DNA of 64,000 nucleotides from Planctomycetota bacterium (lineage in GTDB: Bacteria > Planctomycetota > PLA2 > JAEUHO01). How positions within the stretch are numbered: position 1 is the stretch's first letter; every line of letters starts with the position of its first letter. The translations under genes and the position numbers were made by a program. Shown here piece after piece: positions 28,276 through 39,249 of the stretch. Below the pieces are notes generated by a model that was not told the origin of the DNA, made no database searches, and saw nothing but the letters and a program-made list of their open reading frames with translations. The stretch covers positions 2,272,001-2,336,000 of the forward strand of contig CBDCTJ010000007.1 of the NCBI GenBank assembly GCA_965222115.1, given 5' to 3'.

Positions 28276-28881
28276 CTAAGCACACTCCCAATCAAACCAC
28301 GACAACGCCGAACACGCGGCGCAGCGCGCAATGAGAATGAACCAGGAATAGTAGTCCTGGCGTCTGGCAATCCGCGCAGGTTCCGTCAACTCTTCGTTGT
28401 TTCCCGAGTATTGAAACGCCACCGTGAAGCGAAACAGTTTACTGTTGCACGTTGGGCACGCGTGTTGATGCCAGCCTTCTTTGCCCATCGGCTGGTGGTC
28501 GTCCCAGTGACCGAACTCGCCGTCATATCCATCGCGACGGTGATCGAATTGAAAGTGTGGTGTGTCGTGCGAACCAATTGCGTAGGGGGGTACGAACTCC
28601 GTTGATTTTTCGTCATACGTGACCGTGCGGACCCAAAGCGGTAGAGGCGCGTCGGCGCGAACAGCGAACGTAGAGGTAAAGCTTCCATACTCCCTGTTTA
28701 CTTCTTCGAGTTCACGTGCCATCGCGGGCATGGCAACTCCCTTCACGCAGCGAGGCGGATTCTCACGCATGGTTCGAATGTAGGCGTCGTCCCGCGACTC
28801 AGATTTCATGGAGGCACAGGTGAATATGAGGAACCCGACGAAGATACATGTGGCCACAACGGAATAGACGAAAGGACCCAT
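28276..28881 (-). CDS. Hypothetical protein with N-terminal TM and two CxxC motifs
   Basis: HACPTC and RCAAC motifs. The start codon is uncertain. Confidence 0.55.
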   Translation of the reverse strand: MGPFVYSVVATCIFVGFLIFTCASMKSESRDDAYIRTMRENPPRCVKGVAMPAMARELEEVNREYGSFTSTFAVRADAPLPLWVRTVTYDEKSTEFVPPYAIGSHDTPHFQFDHRRDGYDGEFGHWDDHQPMGKEGWHQHACPTCNSKLFRFTVAFQYSGNNEELTEPARIARRQDYYSWFILIARCAACSALSWFDWECA

Positions 28882-29079
28882 GAAGCGATTCCAGACTTGG
28901 GACGGCACGAGGCGCTCGTGGCAGAGTGCCTCGTGCCGGATTCTATCCATAGAGAGACGGCGCCCTTCTATTCGATCCCATTCCCCGGAGAATCGCCGCG
29001 TAAGGGGCCGTGGCCACAATGCGTCGCCACGTACCCTAAATATTGAGACAGATCCCAGGGCCATGGCGTTTCTCTTGTA

Positions 29080-31029
29080 ATGAATGAACAAGCCCCCCTC
29101 GTAGTTGAACGACTTTTGGCTGAGCGACAGTGGTTGTGTGCGCTTGCGCGTTCTTTGGTACGTGATGAAAACGCCGCGGATGACCTGGAGCAGGATGCTT
29201 GGGTGGCATCGATGAAGAAGCCGCCGATTTCCGGTGCGTCACCGCGGGGTTGGTTGGCGACGGTGGTTCGCAATCGCGCACGGGACAACCACCGACGGAC
29301 TATGCGACGCGCAACGCGTGAGGCACGGGCGGCGCGACCGGAGGCACAGCGTTCAGCGGCAGAGTTGGCGGAGCAGGCGGATACGCAGCGGCGGGTGATT
29401 GAGGCGGTGTTGGCGCTAGAACAGCCGTACCGAACTACCGTGCTCATGCGCTACTTCGACGAACTTGACGTGCGGGAGATCGCCGCTCGCATGGACACGA
29501 CCCCTTCCACCGTTCGCACGCGCTTGTCGCGCGCCATGGCGCGACTGCGTGCGGCGCTTGGGCAAGCGTACGGCAACGACGTGGCATGGAAGCGCGCCCT
29601 CGTTCCGTTCTTAGCAACCGGCTCGTCGTCGCACGGTTCATCTATTCGTCGATCGGCGAACGAGGACAAGCGCGGACAGGCGACATCGTCCGGTGGACGG
29701 CTTGGCTTTGCGCTCGCGCTTGCGAGTCTGTTGGCGGTGGGGAGCGTTTTTTGGTGGGCGCCTTGGCAGTCCGACGTATCTGTGGAACGAGCGCCAACGA
29801 CTGCTAGCGCCTCGGCGGATGTGTCTCCACCTCGGCTCGAAGGCGGTGCTCGAGATAACTCTCTTGAGGCCTACGATGCGAATCGAAGCGAGGAATCGGC
29901 AGCTCGGGAGCGTGCGGGTCGAGAAGGAGGCGCGAAGCCACCCTCAAATACGAGCGCCCAGAAGTCCGGAGGTGTCATTCGAGTCGTCGTGCTTGATGGA
30001 CAGTCCAGTGTGGTCGAAGGCGCCGATGTGCTCCTAATTGATCGCAGCGACGCAAAGCATCCGATTCGAGGCGCTCTCTTGGGTCGTGCCACATCCGACG
30101 CGGAGGGACGCGCAACGTTTGAAGGCATTGCACCGAAGGGCAATCTTCATGTTCGTGCGGCCTATCAGGAAACGTCCGCGATTACGGGGGAGTTCGATGG
30201 CAGCCAGCCGCCTCGTGACCCGATACGCGTTGTTCTCGGACCGTCACGCGTCATCGCGGGTCGCGTGATCAATGACGACGGGCATGCGATTGCGGACGCC
30301 ACCGTATTCGTCCATGCGCGCTTTGAAGGCGCCATCATTGCCATTGCGATTCAGCCCACCGACGATTTGGGAGCGTTTCGAATTGCAGGGCTGCCTGAAT
30401 CGTTGCTCAACGTCGGCGAAGAGAAGCCCGCTTCCATCGAAGTGCGCGCCAAGGGCTATGGGGAGTGCTGGCACGAGCTGTCAAACACGAACGAAAACCT
30501 AGGCCAACTCACCCTCAAGCTATCGAAATCGCGCACCATTGAGGGCCGCATCGTCAATGAGCGTGGGCACCCCATTGCGGATGCGGGCTTGGAGTTTCCC
30601 GACTCGGTTGGTGGGACATCCACAAACAGCGAGGGCCGGTTTCGCGCCGGTCGATTGCCTCAACGCACCGTCAAGCTTCGTATCAATTCAACCCAGCATG
30701 CACCGCGCCTCATTGATGTGCCGTTCGAAGGGCAGTTCAAACGCAATCTGGGTGATATCGTCTTGCATCCCGGGAAACCGATCGCGGGTATCGTGCTCGA
30801 CAAAGACGGCAATCCCCTATCGGGCGCCCTAGTTGCCATCTCCAGCGATGCGGTGGATCAGATTGTCCGGCAGGGCGAGTCCGACGAGCACGGCCGCTTC
30901 CGGTTCGAGCACTTTGGTGAGGGGGAACACAAAATCTATCTGTTCACCGACAGCGGCGATAAGGCCACACGCACGGGCGTGAGTGCCGGGGAAGAGAACG
31001 TAGAGATTCGCTTAGGCGGCGGAAAGTAG
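29080..31029 (+). CDS. ECF sigma-70 factor fused to a TM segment and carboxypeptidase-regulatory-like (beta-sandwich) repeats
   Basis: Region 2 AADDLEQDAW..RGWLATVVRN, region 4 EIAARMDTTPSTVRTRLSRA, and repeated IxGRxxNxxGHxIADA units. Confidence 0.85.
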   Translation: MNEQAPLVVERLLAERQWLCALARSLVRDENAADDLEQDAWVASMKKPPISGASPRGWLATVVRNRARDNHRRTMRRATREARAARPEAQRSAAELAEQADTQRRVIEAVLALEQPYRTTVLMRYFDELDVREIAARMDTTPSTVRTRLSRAMARLRAALGQAYGNDVAWKRALVPFLATGSSSHGSSIRRSANEDKRGQATSSGGRLGFALALASLLAVGSVFWWAPWQSDVSVERAPTTASASADVSPPRLEGGARDNSLEAYDANRSEESAARERAGREGGAKPPSNTSAQKSGGVIRVVVLDGQSSVVEGADVLLIDRSDAKHPIRGALLGRATSDAEGRATFEGIAPKGNLHVRAAYQETSAITGEFDGSQPPRDPIRVVLGPSRVIAGRVINDDGHAIADATVFVHARFEGAIIAIAIQPTDDLGAFRIAGLPESLLNVGEEKPASIEVRAKGYGECWHELSNTNENLGQLTLKLSKSRTIEGRIVNERGHPIADAGLEFPDSVGGTSTNSEGRFRAGRLPQRTVKLRINSTQHAPRLIDVPFEGQFKRNLGDIVLHPGKPIAGIVLDKDGNPLSGALVAISSDAVDQIVRQGESDEHGRFRFEHFGEGEHKIYLFTDSGDKATRTGVSAGEENVEIRLGGGK

Positions 31030-31143
31030 ACGTGAGGGTCTGCCACACGCGTTGTTTTCTAATTGCGCCCGATTTGCAGCCGCTCTTCAGTCCTCAAACA
31101 ACTCCCATGCACGAGCGAACGCCCGCCTCGCAGTCGAAATCAA

Positions 31144-33351
31144 TCACTTCTCAATCAACGTCGCTTTCAAAATCTTGTCACCCACGCGAATCTTGTCCAC
31201 AACATCCATGCCCGACGTGACCATGCCGTAGCATGTGTAGCGTTCGTTGAGGGGTGTGTACTCGGTGTGCATGAAGAACAACTGGCAGCCGCCGTCGTCT
31301 TTTTGGCTCTTGGGCATGCCGAGGGCGCCGCGGATATAGGGCAGGCGAGTAATTTCGTCGGGGATAGACCAACCGCCGTCGCCGGCGCCGTGGCCCAAGG
31401 GGTCGCCGCCTTGGATGACAAAGTTGGGGACCACGCGATGCCAGCGCGTGCCGTTGTAGAGGCCCGCGTGAGCTGCCAACACGATGTTTACAGCATGGAC
31501 GGGCGCGGCGTCTGCATCCAAAGCGACTTCGAATGCACCTTGCGAGGTCTCGAAGCGAATGCAGGCGTTGTCCGCAGGTATGGCGACGGCAATCTTCAAA
31601 ATCTCGGTTTCGTTCAACCACGCACCTTTGCCTTTGGTGACATCGACGCCGAAGATCGCCGACGTTGGTCGTGGAAGTCCTTTCCACTCGTTTACGGCGA
31701 GCCCACCGCCCTTGATCTCATTCGCCGCGTCCGGCTTGAGCGTTTTGATGCTCTTTGCTGCGGCACGTCGAATCCAAGCAGATTCGGGCGAACTTGCCGC
31801 CGCGCCCAGCCAATGGGTGAGCCGTTTCTTGAGTTCCTCGGGGCATGTCTTGTCTTGAATCAGCTCGCCTGCTGCTGCGGCAAACGATGCCCGCGAGATG
31901 TCGTGCTCATCGGCTGCACTGCCGGATGCTGACGACGTGGAAAAACTCTCCAGCAAATGCTCCACGGCGTGCCACGCACGAACCTTGCATGCGAGCGAGG
32001 TCAGCGCGCCGGCCTTATAGCGGTCCATCTTCGTCCAGGAAGGACCTGGCTCTGTGTGCTTCACCAGCCACGGCTTGATTGCATCGTTCTCTTTGAGTTT
32101 CGAAAGTTCCGACTCCGCCGTCATCCATACCAAGCCGTGGGCATCGTCGTGCTCGTCGAGCCATGCGAGTGTCCTTGCCACACCCTCTTCGCCTTTGGTC
32201 AATGTTGCCGCCACAGCACCAGGTCCTAACTCGGGCCCCGCGTCGGATCCCAGCGCGGCGCGTTCCTTGCTTGTGGACCATGCGCCCCACGCATTGCGAT
32301 TACCGAGCTTTGCTAATGCGATGGCCAGCCGTTCCTTTAGACGCGCGTCTTTCTCACGCTTGAACTGCGCTGCCAACGCGTCACGTGCGCTCGATTTCCG
32401 AGGCTCCTCCGTTCGTTTCGAAAGTGCCCCGATGGCAAGTTCTGCAACCTTGGGACCGTCGTGTCCAAGCAAGGAGGCCAACGTCAACTCTACATCATCG
32501 CCCTCGCGCGCACTGAGTATGCGAGAGATGAGGTCACTGACGACTCGCGGATCGGCGTGTTTGGCCAGTGCGAATACCGGCGCATGGGACGCAGCCGACA
32601 GCTTCTTAGGCAGCAAGATCCCGAGCGGTCGAACGACGGCCATCGTGCGCTTTGCATTGGCGTCTTTGAGGTGGGGGAGCAGCGCTTCGCAAAGAGCACT
32701 ATCTCCATCCCATGCATCGTCCTCTTTCTTAGCCGCCTTGCGATGGGCACCGGCCAACATCCAAACCGCAAACTCCGCGGCGTGCCGTACGACGTTGTGC
32801 TTTACGCCCATCATGGGTATTACGGATTTGAGCACCGAGGCATCTTTCGAGCGTGCAAGCCCCAAGAGCGCGCCGCGGGCAACCGCAGCATCGTTTGACT
32901 TCAACAACGGTACAAGATGCTTCGCGATATCGCTTGCACCAGTCCATCCCATTGCCTCCGCGGCTGCAGCAACTGCACTTGGCGACTTCGATTTGAGATG
33001 GTGCTGAATCGCCTCCGCAAGGTCCTTGCTCTGTGCGATGCCCGCGCACCACAGCGCCGCGTCCAAATCCCCGGCAGTCTTGTGTCCTGCGCGTAGATAG
33101 GTATTGAGCATGGATATCGCCTGAGGATCGTCTTCACCGATACGCCCCAACGCACGCAAGGCATAGAGGCGCGACAGTGGATGCGCATCGGGCGTCAGAT
33201 GCGCTTTCAATGTCTTTGCACCGTGTCGACGCATCTCAACCGCTAGGATCGCCGCACGCTCTTCAAGCGGGGCGGGCGGCTCGGCAAGCGCGAAATTCGG
33301 CGCATAAAGCACAGCCAGAAGGAGGAACGTTCTGCAGGCGTATGACATCAA
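31144..33351 (-). CDS. Cyclophilin-type peptidyl-prolyl isomerase with N-terminal HEAT repeats, secreted
   Basis: WHRVVPNFVIQGGDP.G.G.GG, GALGM and GMDVVDKI motifs, plus a signal peptide. Confidence 0.88.
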   Translation of the reverse strand: MMSYACRTFLLLAVLYAPNFALAEPPAPLEERAAILAVEMRRHGAKTLKAHLTPDAHPLSRLYALRALGRIGEDDPQAISMLNTYLRAGHKTAGDLDAALWCAGIAQSKDLAEAIQHHLKSKSPSAVAAAAEAMGWTGASDIAKHLVPLLKSNDAAVARGALLGLARSKDASVLKSVIPMMGVKHNVVRHAAEFAVWMLAGAHRKAAKKEDDAWDGDSALCEALLPHLKDANAKRTMAVVRPLGILLPKKLSAASHAPVFALAKHADPRVVSDLISRILSAREGDDVELTLASLLGHDGPKVAELAIGALSKRTEEPRKSSARDALAAQFKREKDARLKERLAIALAKLGNRNAWGAWSTSKERAALGSDAGPELGPGAVAATLTKGEEGVARTLAWLDEHDDAHGLVWMTAESELSKLKENDAIKPWLVKHTEPGPSWTKMDRYKAGALTSLACKVRAWHAVEHLLESFSTSSASGSAADEHDISRASFAAAAGELIQDKTCPEELKKRLTHWLGAAASSPESAWIRRAAAKSIKTLKPDAANEIKGGGLAVNEWKGLPRPTSAIFGVDVTKGKGAWLNETEILKIAVAIPADNACIRFETSQGAFEVALDADAAPVHAVNIVLAAHAGLYNGTRWHRVVPNFVIQGGDPLGHGAGDGGWSIPDEITRLPYIRGALGMPKSQKDDGGCQLFFMHTEYTPLNERYTCYGMVTSGMDVVDKIRVGDKILKATLIEK

Positions 33352-33500
33352 TCGACCTCCGACGCTAGACTAGTCGGGTTGAGGCGCCTCACCGAGCTAT
33401 GGAACCATGGCGCCCAGGCTCGCGCCGTACGTGTGCGGCGGCGCGTGCGCTCAAAACAATATGAAACCACCCGCGGGAAGCGGGCGTTATGAGGTGCACC

Positions 33501-35207
33501 ATGCGGGACGTATCGAACCAAGGCATCGTGTTTCAAGACATCGAGGCGTCGGCGCCCGATCCCGAGGGGCTTGTCGATCAGTATGCCAAGTTGAATGCGG
33601 CCTATGACGAGGCGAAGGACGCCGCGGAGCGTGAGAAGGCCGTGGCTGCTTGGGACGCCCTGCGGCGGAGTGTGTCCACGTGGCATTCGCTTGTGGGACT
33701 AAAGTTCAACCAAGACACGCAGGATGCCGAGCGCAAAGCCGCACTGGATTTTCGCAACGAGTTGGCCCCTAAAATTCAGGAGCACGATCTGGCGTTTATT
33801 CGCCGCGTGGTCTCGGGTGAACATGCGGGCGAACTGTCTTCCAAGTACGGGCGTCAACTGTTGGACTTGTGGGATTGCCAATCCGCATCGTTCGATCCCG
33901 CAATCGAAGAGGAACTCGTAGCCGAGTCCAAGACGGCTTCCGAATACGTTGAACTTACCTCGTCGGCTCGATTTGAGTACAAAGGCGAGACCCTCACGCT
34001 CTCTGAGTTATCCAAGTACCGCGAACACAGCGACCGAGACGTGCGTCACGAGGTCAGCGGAATGTCGTGGGGATGGTTTGAAGACAACGCCGAGAAGCTC
34101 GATCAGATCTTTGATCGACTCGTTGGGCTTCGCGTGACGCAGGCCAAGGCGCTGGGTTACAAAAACTTCGTTGAGCTCGGCTACAAGAAGATGAGCCGGA
34201 TCGACTACAACCAAGACGACGTCGCGCGCTACCGCAAGGCGGTCAAGGACTTTGTGGTTCCGCTGTGTTCCGAGATTCGCGAGAGTCAGCGAAAGAAGCT
34301 CGGCGTGGACAAACTCATGGCGTGGGACCTGCCGGTCCACGACCCGAAAGGCAATCCCAAGCCCAAGGGCGACTATGAGTTCATGGTCAAGCAGGCCCGT
34401 GCCATGTTTGATGAGATGGGCGGGGGCCTTGGCAAATTCTTCCGCGTCATGTCCGATGGCGAGCTCATGGATCTCAAATCGCGTAAGGGCAAAGCGGGTG
34501 GGGGATTTTGCACGAGTTTCCCCAAGTACGGCGTGCCCTACATCTTTGCCAATTTCAATGGCACCAAGGGCGATGTGGAAGTGTTCACGCATGAGATGGG
34601 ACACGCGTTTCAGTGTTGGTCCAGCTCCGACGACCGGATCATGGACACGATTTGGCCCACCTACGAAGCCGCCGAAGTTCACTCCATGAGTCTTGAGTTC
34701 TTGACGTGGCCCCACATGGAGAAGTTCTTTGGCGATGATGCCGAGCGTTTCCGCAAACTCCATCTCACGCAATCGCTGCTCTTCTTGCCCTACGGTGTGG
34801 CCGTGGATCATTTCCAACACCTTGTGTATGAGCGTCCCGATGCAACGCCCGCCGAGCGCCTTGCCCTGTGGAAAGACATGGAAGCTACGTATCTGCCCGA
34901 GTGGGATCACGGCGACCTCAAGCGCGCTGCCGACGGCGGACTCTGGCAACGTCAACGCCATATCTATCGTATGCCGTTTTATTACATCGATTACACGCTG
35001 GCACAAGTGTGCGCGTTTCAATTTCTGCGCCTGTCGCGCAATGATCCCGACGACGCCATGGCGCGCTACGTGAAGCTCTGCAAGCGCGGCGGCGAGGCAC
35101 CCTTCCAGGAACTTGTGCGTTCAGCGGGACTACGCAGCCCCTTTGATGACGGCTGCTTAGAAGATGTCGTAACCACGGCACGCGAAGCGCTCGGTGCCTC
35201 CGTCTGA
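33501..35207 (+). CDS. M3B-family oligoendopeptidase
   Basis: GKAGGGFCT, FANFNGT, HEMGHAFQ, EVHSMSLE and HIY.MPFYYIDY motifs. Confidence 0.92.
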   Translation: MRDVSNQGIVFQDIEASAPDPEGLVDQYAKLNAAYDEAKDAAEREKAVAAWDALRRSVSTWHSLVGLKFNQDTQDAERKAALDFRNELAPKIQEHDLAFIRRVVSGEHAGELSSKYGRQLLDLWDCQSASFDPAIEEELVAESKTASEYVELTSSARFEYKGETLTLSELSKYREHSDRDVRHEVSGMSWGWFEDNAEKLDQIFDRLVGLRVTQAKALGYKNFVELGYKKMSRIDYNQDDVARYRKAVKDFVVPLCSEIRESQRKKLGVDKLMAWDLPVHDPKGNPKPKGDYEFMVKQARAMFDEMGGGLGKFFRVMSDGELMDLKSRKGKAGGGFCTSFPKYGVPYIFANFNGTKGDVEVFTHEMGHAFQCWSSSDDRIMDTIWPTYEAAEVHSMSLEFLTWPHMEKFFGDDAERFRKLHLTQSLLFLPYGVAVDHFQHLVYERPDATPAERLALWKDMEATYLPEWDHGDLKRAADGGLWQRQRHIYRMPFYYIDYTLAQVCAFQFLRLSRNDPDDAMARYVKLCKRGGEAPFQELVRSAGLRSPFDDGCLEDVVTTAREALGASV

Positions 35208-35515
35208 ACGGATCGCGTGCGCCGGTAGTGGGTTGACCTCACGCAGAGACGCCACGATTCAGAGGCGCAGTGGGAATCTCGCCGATCTGCCATGAGCCTT
35301 GGCGTTACGTCCCTGCGCCCCCGCGCTCTTCGCGCCCTTGCGTGAGGTAGATTGCACCCAACTTAGACGCGTGTGGTTTTTGTCCGTACTCCGCATCGCG
35401 CATTTGCATAGTCTGTACACCCTTTCCCAAACCTGAGCCGCCGCCGTTCGTTGTGTAAAGGAGTTAGGGACTCAACAGATTCTGGGCTGGCATGCCACAC
35501 TTCGAGGAGACTCGC

Positions 35516-37312
35516 GTGACGCGTCATCTATTTGTTTCGATACTTGTACTTGGCTCCTTGCTTGCACTTCCTGGTGAACTTGCAGAACGCGCACACGCCG
35601 AAGAAGGCGACGAGAAGACCACCAGTGAGCTCACGCTAACAACAGACCGCGTGGTGGTCTTCAAGGATGGCTACAGCCTCTTCGTTCGTCGCGGTACGGC
35701 GACAGCCGATGAGCATGGCGATGTTCATACGTTTGAGGTTCCCGATGCCGCGGTGCTCGGAACGTTCTGGGCATTCTCCGCTGATGCAAAACTGTTGGGT
35801 ATGAAGGCGGAAGTCGTCACCACAAAGTTGGAGAACACGGAGACGTCCCGCGCCGTCTCGATGGTTGATCTTCTGCGTGCTAATCAGGGGAATTCGATCA
35901 CCTTACGATTCGATCAAGATAAGAGCGTGACGGGAATCATTGCCGAGGTCTTGGACCGCGCCGTACGAACTCAGCCCGAGCGACTACGCCGTCTGCAACC
36001 GCCATCCCAGCCGTCACCAACTGTCAGTGAGCGCGAGATTCACACGGAGGGAGGTCAGTTTGTGCGCTTACGCGAAACACCCCGCGGCGAGTTGGTGTTG
36101 CCCGTAGCATCGATCCGCACAATCTCCGCAGCGAGATTGAAGGTCGAGTCCAAGCGTGTCTTTGAGTCCAACGTTGCGCGCAAGCGTCTCACGGTAGCGT
36201 TGGGAAGCGATGCGGCCGGCAAAGACGTTACGGTGCGGCTGCTCTACTTTGCGCCGGGCCTACGGTGGATTCCCAGTTATCGGGTTTCGGGTGAACTCAA
36301 AGACGAGGCGAACCTCGCACTTCAAGGCGAGGTGCTCAATGAGGCGCTAGATCTTGAGGACGTGGCGTTGGATCTCGTTGTTGGTGTGCCCCACTTCAAG
36401 TTCCGCGAGACCGTTTCGCCCCTAAGCCTTGAAACTCACCTTCGCAACGCCTTGCAACGCGCGGCGCCACAGCTCATGGGTCAGATGGCGAGCAATATGT
36501 CGCACACACAATTCCGCACACGCGCGGGCGAGGTTCATGTACCGCGTTCCACAACGACGATGGACATTGCACCGGAACTTGCGTCGGGTGGCAGCAACGA
36601 CCTCTTCGTGTATTCGATTCCCAAACTCAGTTTGACGCGCGGCGGTCGGGCAACCATTCCGCTATGGCAACAGAATGTGCCCCTGCGTCATTTGTATACC
36701 CTCGACATATCCCTGGGGCGCGACGCCCGCGGCGGCAAGACATTTGTGCGCGGAGGCCAAGTCTCCGGGCGCGGTCGCACGACGGGCGACACACCGATCG
36801 ACACCGCCAATCACGTGGTTTGGCACCAACTTGAGCTTAGCAATCAGAGTGATGTGCCCTGGACCACCGGCCCCGCACTCACCATGCGCGGCTTGCTACC
36901 GCTTGGCCAAGACATGTTGACCTACACGTCGGTGGGGGAGAAATCGCTTCTGCCCCTCACTGTCGCCATCGACGTGCGTGCCGACTACACCGAGGAAGAG
37001 GTCAATCGCGAGGCCAATCAACTCACGTGGAGCGGCAAGAAATACGCCCGCGTAACGAAGCAGGCCACAGTAAAGATCAAGAACTTCCGCGGCGAGAACA
37101 CCACGACGCGCATTCGCATAGGCCTTGGTGGTCGCGTGACGACGGTCTCCGACAACGCCAAACACGTCGTCAACGACTTCCGCAGTAGTGATTGGACCCG
37201 CTCCGGCTACGCCACCCGCGTCAACAATCATAGCGATATCGAGTGGACCATCGACCTCACCGCCGGCGAGACCAAGGAGCTGACGTTTACTTATGAGTTT
37301 TACGTCCGCTGA
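35516..37312 (+). CDS. Secreted DUF4139-like protein
   Basis: GAGGAG SD before a GTG start, a signal peptide, and VVVFKDGY, LRWIPSYR, DLVVGVP and PWTTGP motifs. Confidence 0.65.
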   Translation: MTRHLFVSILVLGSLLALPGELAERAHAEEGDEKTTSELTLTTDRVVVFKDGYSLFVRRGTATADEHGDVHTFEVPDAAVLGTFWAFSADAKLLGMKAEVVTTKLENTETSRAVSMVDLLRANQGNSITLRFDQDKSVTGIIAEVLDRAVRTQPERLRRLQPPSQPSPTVSEREIHTEGGQFVRLRETPRGELVLPVASIRTISAARLKVESKRVFESNVARKRLTVALGSDAAGKDVTVRLLYFAPGLRWIPSYRVSGELKDEANLALQGEVLNEALDLEDVALDLVVGVPHFKFRETVSPLSLETHLRNALQRAAPQLMGQMASNMSHTQFRTRAGEVHVPRSTTTMDIAPELASGGSNDLFVYSIPKLSLTRGGRATIPLWQQNVPLRHLYTLDISLGRDARGGKTFVRGGQVSGRGRTTGDTPIDTANHVVWHQLELSNQSDVPWTTGPALTMRGLLPLGQDMLTYTSVGEKSLLPLTVAIDVRADYTEEEVNREANQLTWSGKKYARVTKQATVKIKNFRGENTTTRIRIGLGGRVTTVSDNAKHVVNDFRSSDWTRSGYATRVNNHSDIEWTIDLTAGETKELTFTYEFYVR

Positions 37313-37401
37313 AACGAGCATTGACTCCGATTCGGATCCTGTAAGCTAAGCTTACGCGCATCGAGCTGCAGCGCTTGCTAGTTCCGCTAGGAGTCTTGAC
37401 C

Positions 37402-38238
37402 ATGCAACCATTTTCGGCCGGCGGGGTGCTTGCCCGTGCAGCAGTCGCCATGGTGCGAAACGCGCCGCTTTTGCTGATCGCGAGTGCACTTGTCTTAACA
37501 CCTTTGGTGCTGTGGCGAGTCGCCACCCTGCCTTCGTTTGAAGAAGTTGAAAAGCTCCTCGCCTACTATGAGTCGATAAAGAGCGTTTTCGACAAGCCAC
37601 CGGCAGAAATCGAAGCCTTGATCTGGCGAAGTGCGAAGGCCGACGCTATTTACTACGGCTTGCTTGTACTGTCTGTGACGTTGATTGCAGGTCTCGTTGC
37701 CCGACCCATTCGGAGTTCACTTTCAACGACAGCCTCTTGGCTCGACGACAACAGCGATACGCCAAGTGGAGACATGCGCGCAACAGCGGTTCGATCCGGT
37801 TCGAACTGGCTCACGCTTGTTCCCCTTCTGCTCCTACTCGCCCTCGTTATCACGCTGGGTGTAATTGCCGGCACTGCGTGCTTGCTCATTCCTGGCATCA
37901 TGATTCTCACGGCGTGGTTCGTCGCGGCACCTGCAATGGCCGTTGAGAACAAGGGTATCGCCGATTCGTTGAGGCGCAGCGCACAGCTTACGCGTGGCGC
38001 TCGTTGGGGCATATTCGGGATCTTGTTTCTCTCTCTAGTCGTCAGTCTTGTTCTCTCGCTCGTAATTGGTATGGCTCTGGGTCCGATTCACGCCGGTAGC
38101 TACAACACGCATATCTGGACACCGATCGCGCTGAATCTCGTACTCGTGATTTTCGGTGCCGTGTGTCAAGTTGTGGCCTATCACGACCTTGTCACCCTTA
38201 AGGAGGGTCCATCGGCACCGCCTTCGGTGGGTTCATGA
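37402..38238 (+). CDS. Integral membrane protein
   Basis: Multiple TM helices and LLIPG...AMAVENKGIADSLRRSAQLTRGARW. AGGAG SD. Confidence 0.75.
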   Translation: MQPFSAGGVLARAAVAMVRNAPLLLIASALVLTPLVLWRVATLPSFEEVEKLLAYYESIKSVFDKPPAEIEALIWRSAKADAIYYGLLVLSVTLIAGLVARPIRSSLSTTASWLDDNSDTPSGDMRATAVRSGSNWLTLVPLLLLLALVITLGVIAGTACLLIPGIMILTAWFVAAPAMAVENKGIADSLRRSAQLTRGARWGIFGILFLSLVVSLVLSLVIGMALGPIHAGSYNTHIWTPIALNLVLVIFGAVCQVVAYHDLVTLKEGPSAPPSVGS

Positions 38239-39194
38239 TGAATAGCGAATCTGTTGACTGCAGAGACTGCCTGCTGCGGCGCGCGGGTTTACTTGCCGTC
38301 GTCATGGGCATAGCCGTTGGACTCTTTGCCTGCGGTCGGCCCGATATTCCGAAGGCCAAGCCGTTGGGTCCGGAGGCCTACCAAATCGACGAAGGCGACC
38401 GACCCCAAGCGGGCGAATTTATTCGCTATAAGCCCGCCGATGTACGAGCAGGGGGGCTAGACATCGCATGTATTCGATACGCCCCGACGTCTGGCAAGGG
38501 CCCGGATGTCCTTTTCGTTGGCGTCGTCCATGTGGCCGATGAAACGTATTACCGAACTATTCAAAAGGTGTTGGACGCCTGCCCCACGGTGCTCTATGAG
38601 GCCATCAAACCGCCCGATGTTTCCGTCGCAGATTGGTGGAATCAGAGTCAGGCACACGGGAAAGGGTTGCAAGCGCAGCTCGCGGGGTGGTTTGGATTTA
38701 TCTATCAACTCGCGGCTATCGACTATAGCCATCCGCGATTTGTCCATTGCGACATGACGGCGGAGGAGTTTCAACGCGCCGGAGGGCACGACTTGGTCCC
38801 CGGCCTTGAGCGCCAAGGCGACGTTTCTCAGAAGGTGGGCGGCGTGCTCACGCGGATTCGCTCATTGGGTGACTCGGTACTCACACCCGACAGTCCGCTC
38901 TCGTCCATCGGTCGCACCATGTTCGCAAAGACACTCGGTGCCCAGGATCTTGCGGAGACGCTTGATATGTTTCCCGGCATGGCCGATCTGATTCTTCACA
39001 AACGAAATGACATCGTGATCGAGCGATTGGGCGAACGTCTCGAACGATCGTCCGCGAGTGACGGCCCCATCGCCATTTTTTACGGCGCGGCCCACGGTGA
39101 GGGAATCGAGCAGGGGCTTCGAGAACGTTACAACTACGAACGCATTGACGCCACGTGGTATCGGGCTTGGGCGACGCGTCCACCCATTCGGTAA
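38235..39194 (+). CDS. Probable lipoprotein, TraB/GumN-like conserved hypothetical
   Basis: LFAC lipobox and GVVHVAD..YY, VLYE, RN and IFYGAAH motifs. Confidence 0.65.
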   Translation: MMNSESVDCRDCLLRRAGLLAVVMGIAVGLFACGRPDIPKAKPLGPEAYQIDEGDRPQAGEFIRYKPADVRAGGLDIACIRYAPTSGKGPDVLFVGVVHVADETYYRTIQKVLDACPTVLYEAIKPPDVSVADWWNQSQAHGKGLQAQLAGWFGFIYQLAAIDYSHPRFVHCDMTAEEFQRAGGHDLVPGLERQGDVSQKVGGVLTRIRSLGDSVLTPDSPLSSIGRTMFAKTLGAQDLAETLDMFPGMADLILHKRNDIVIERLGERLERSSASDGPIAIFYGAAHGEGIEQGLRERYNYERIDATWYRAWATRPPIR

Positions 39195-39249
39195 ACCCAC
39201 GATCGGCTTATACCTCGTGAGCCCTGCGCAGCAGTACCCTTGATTCAGA

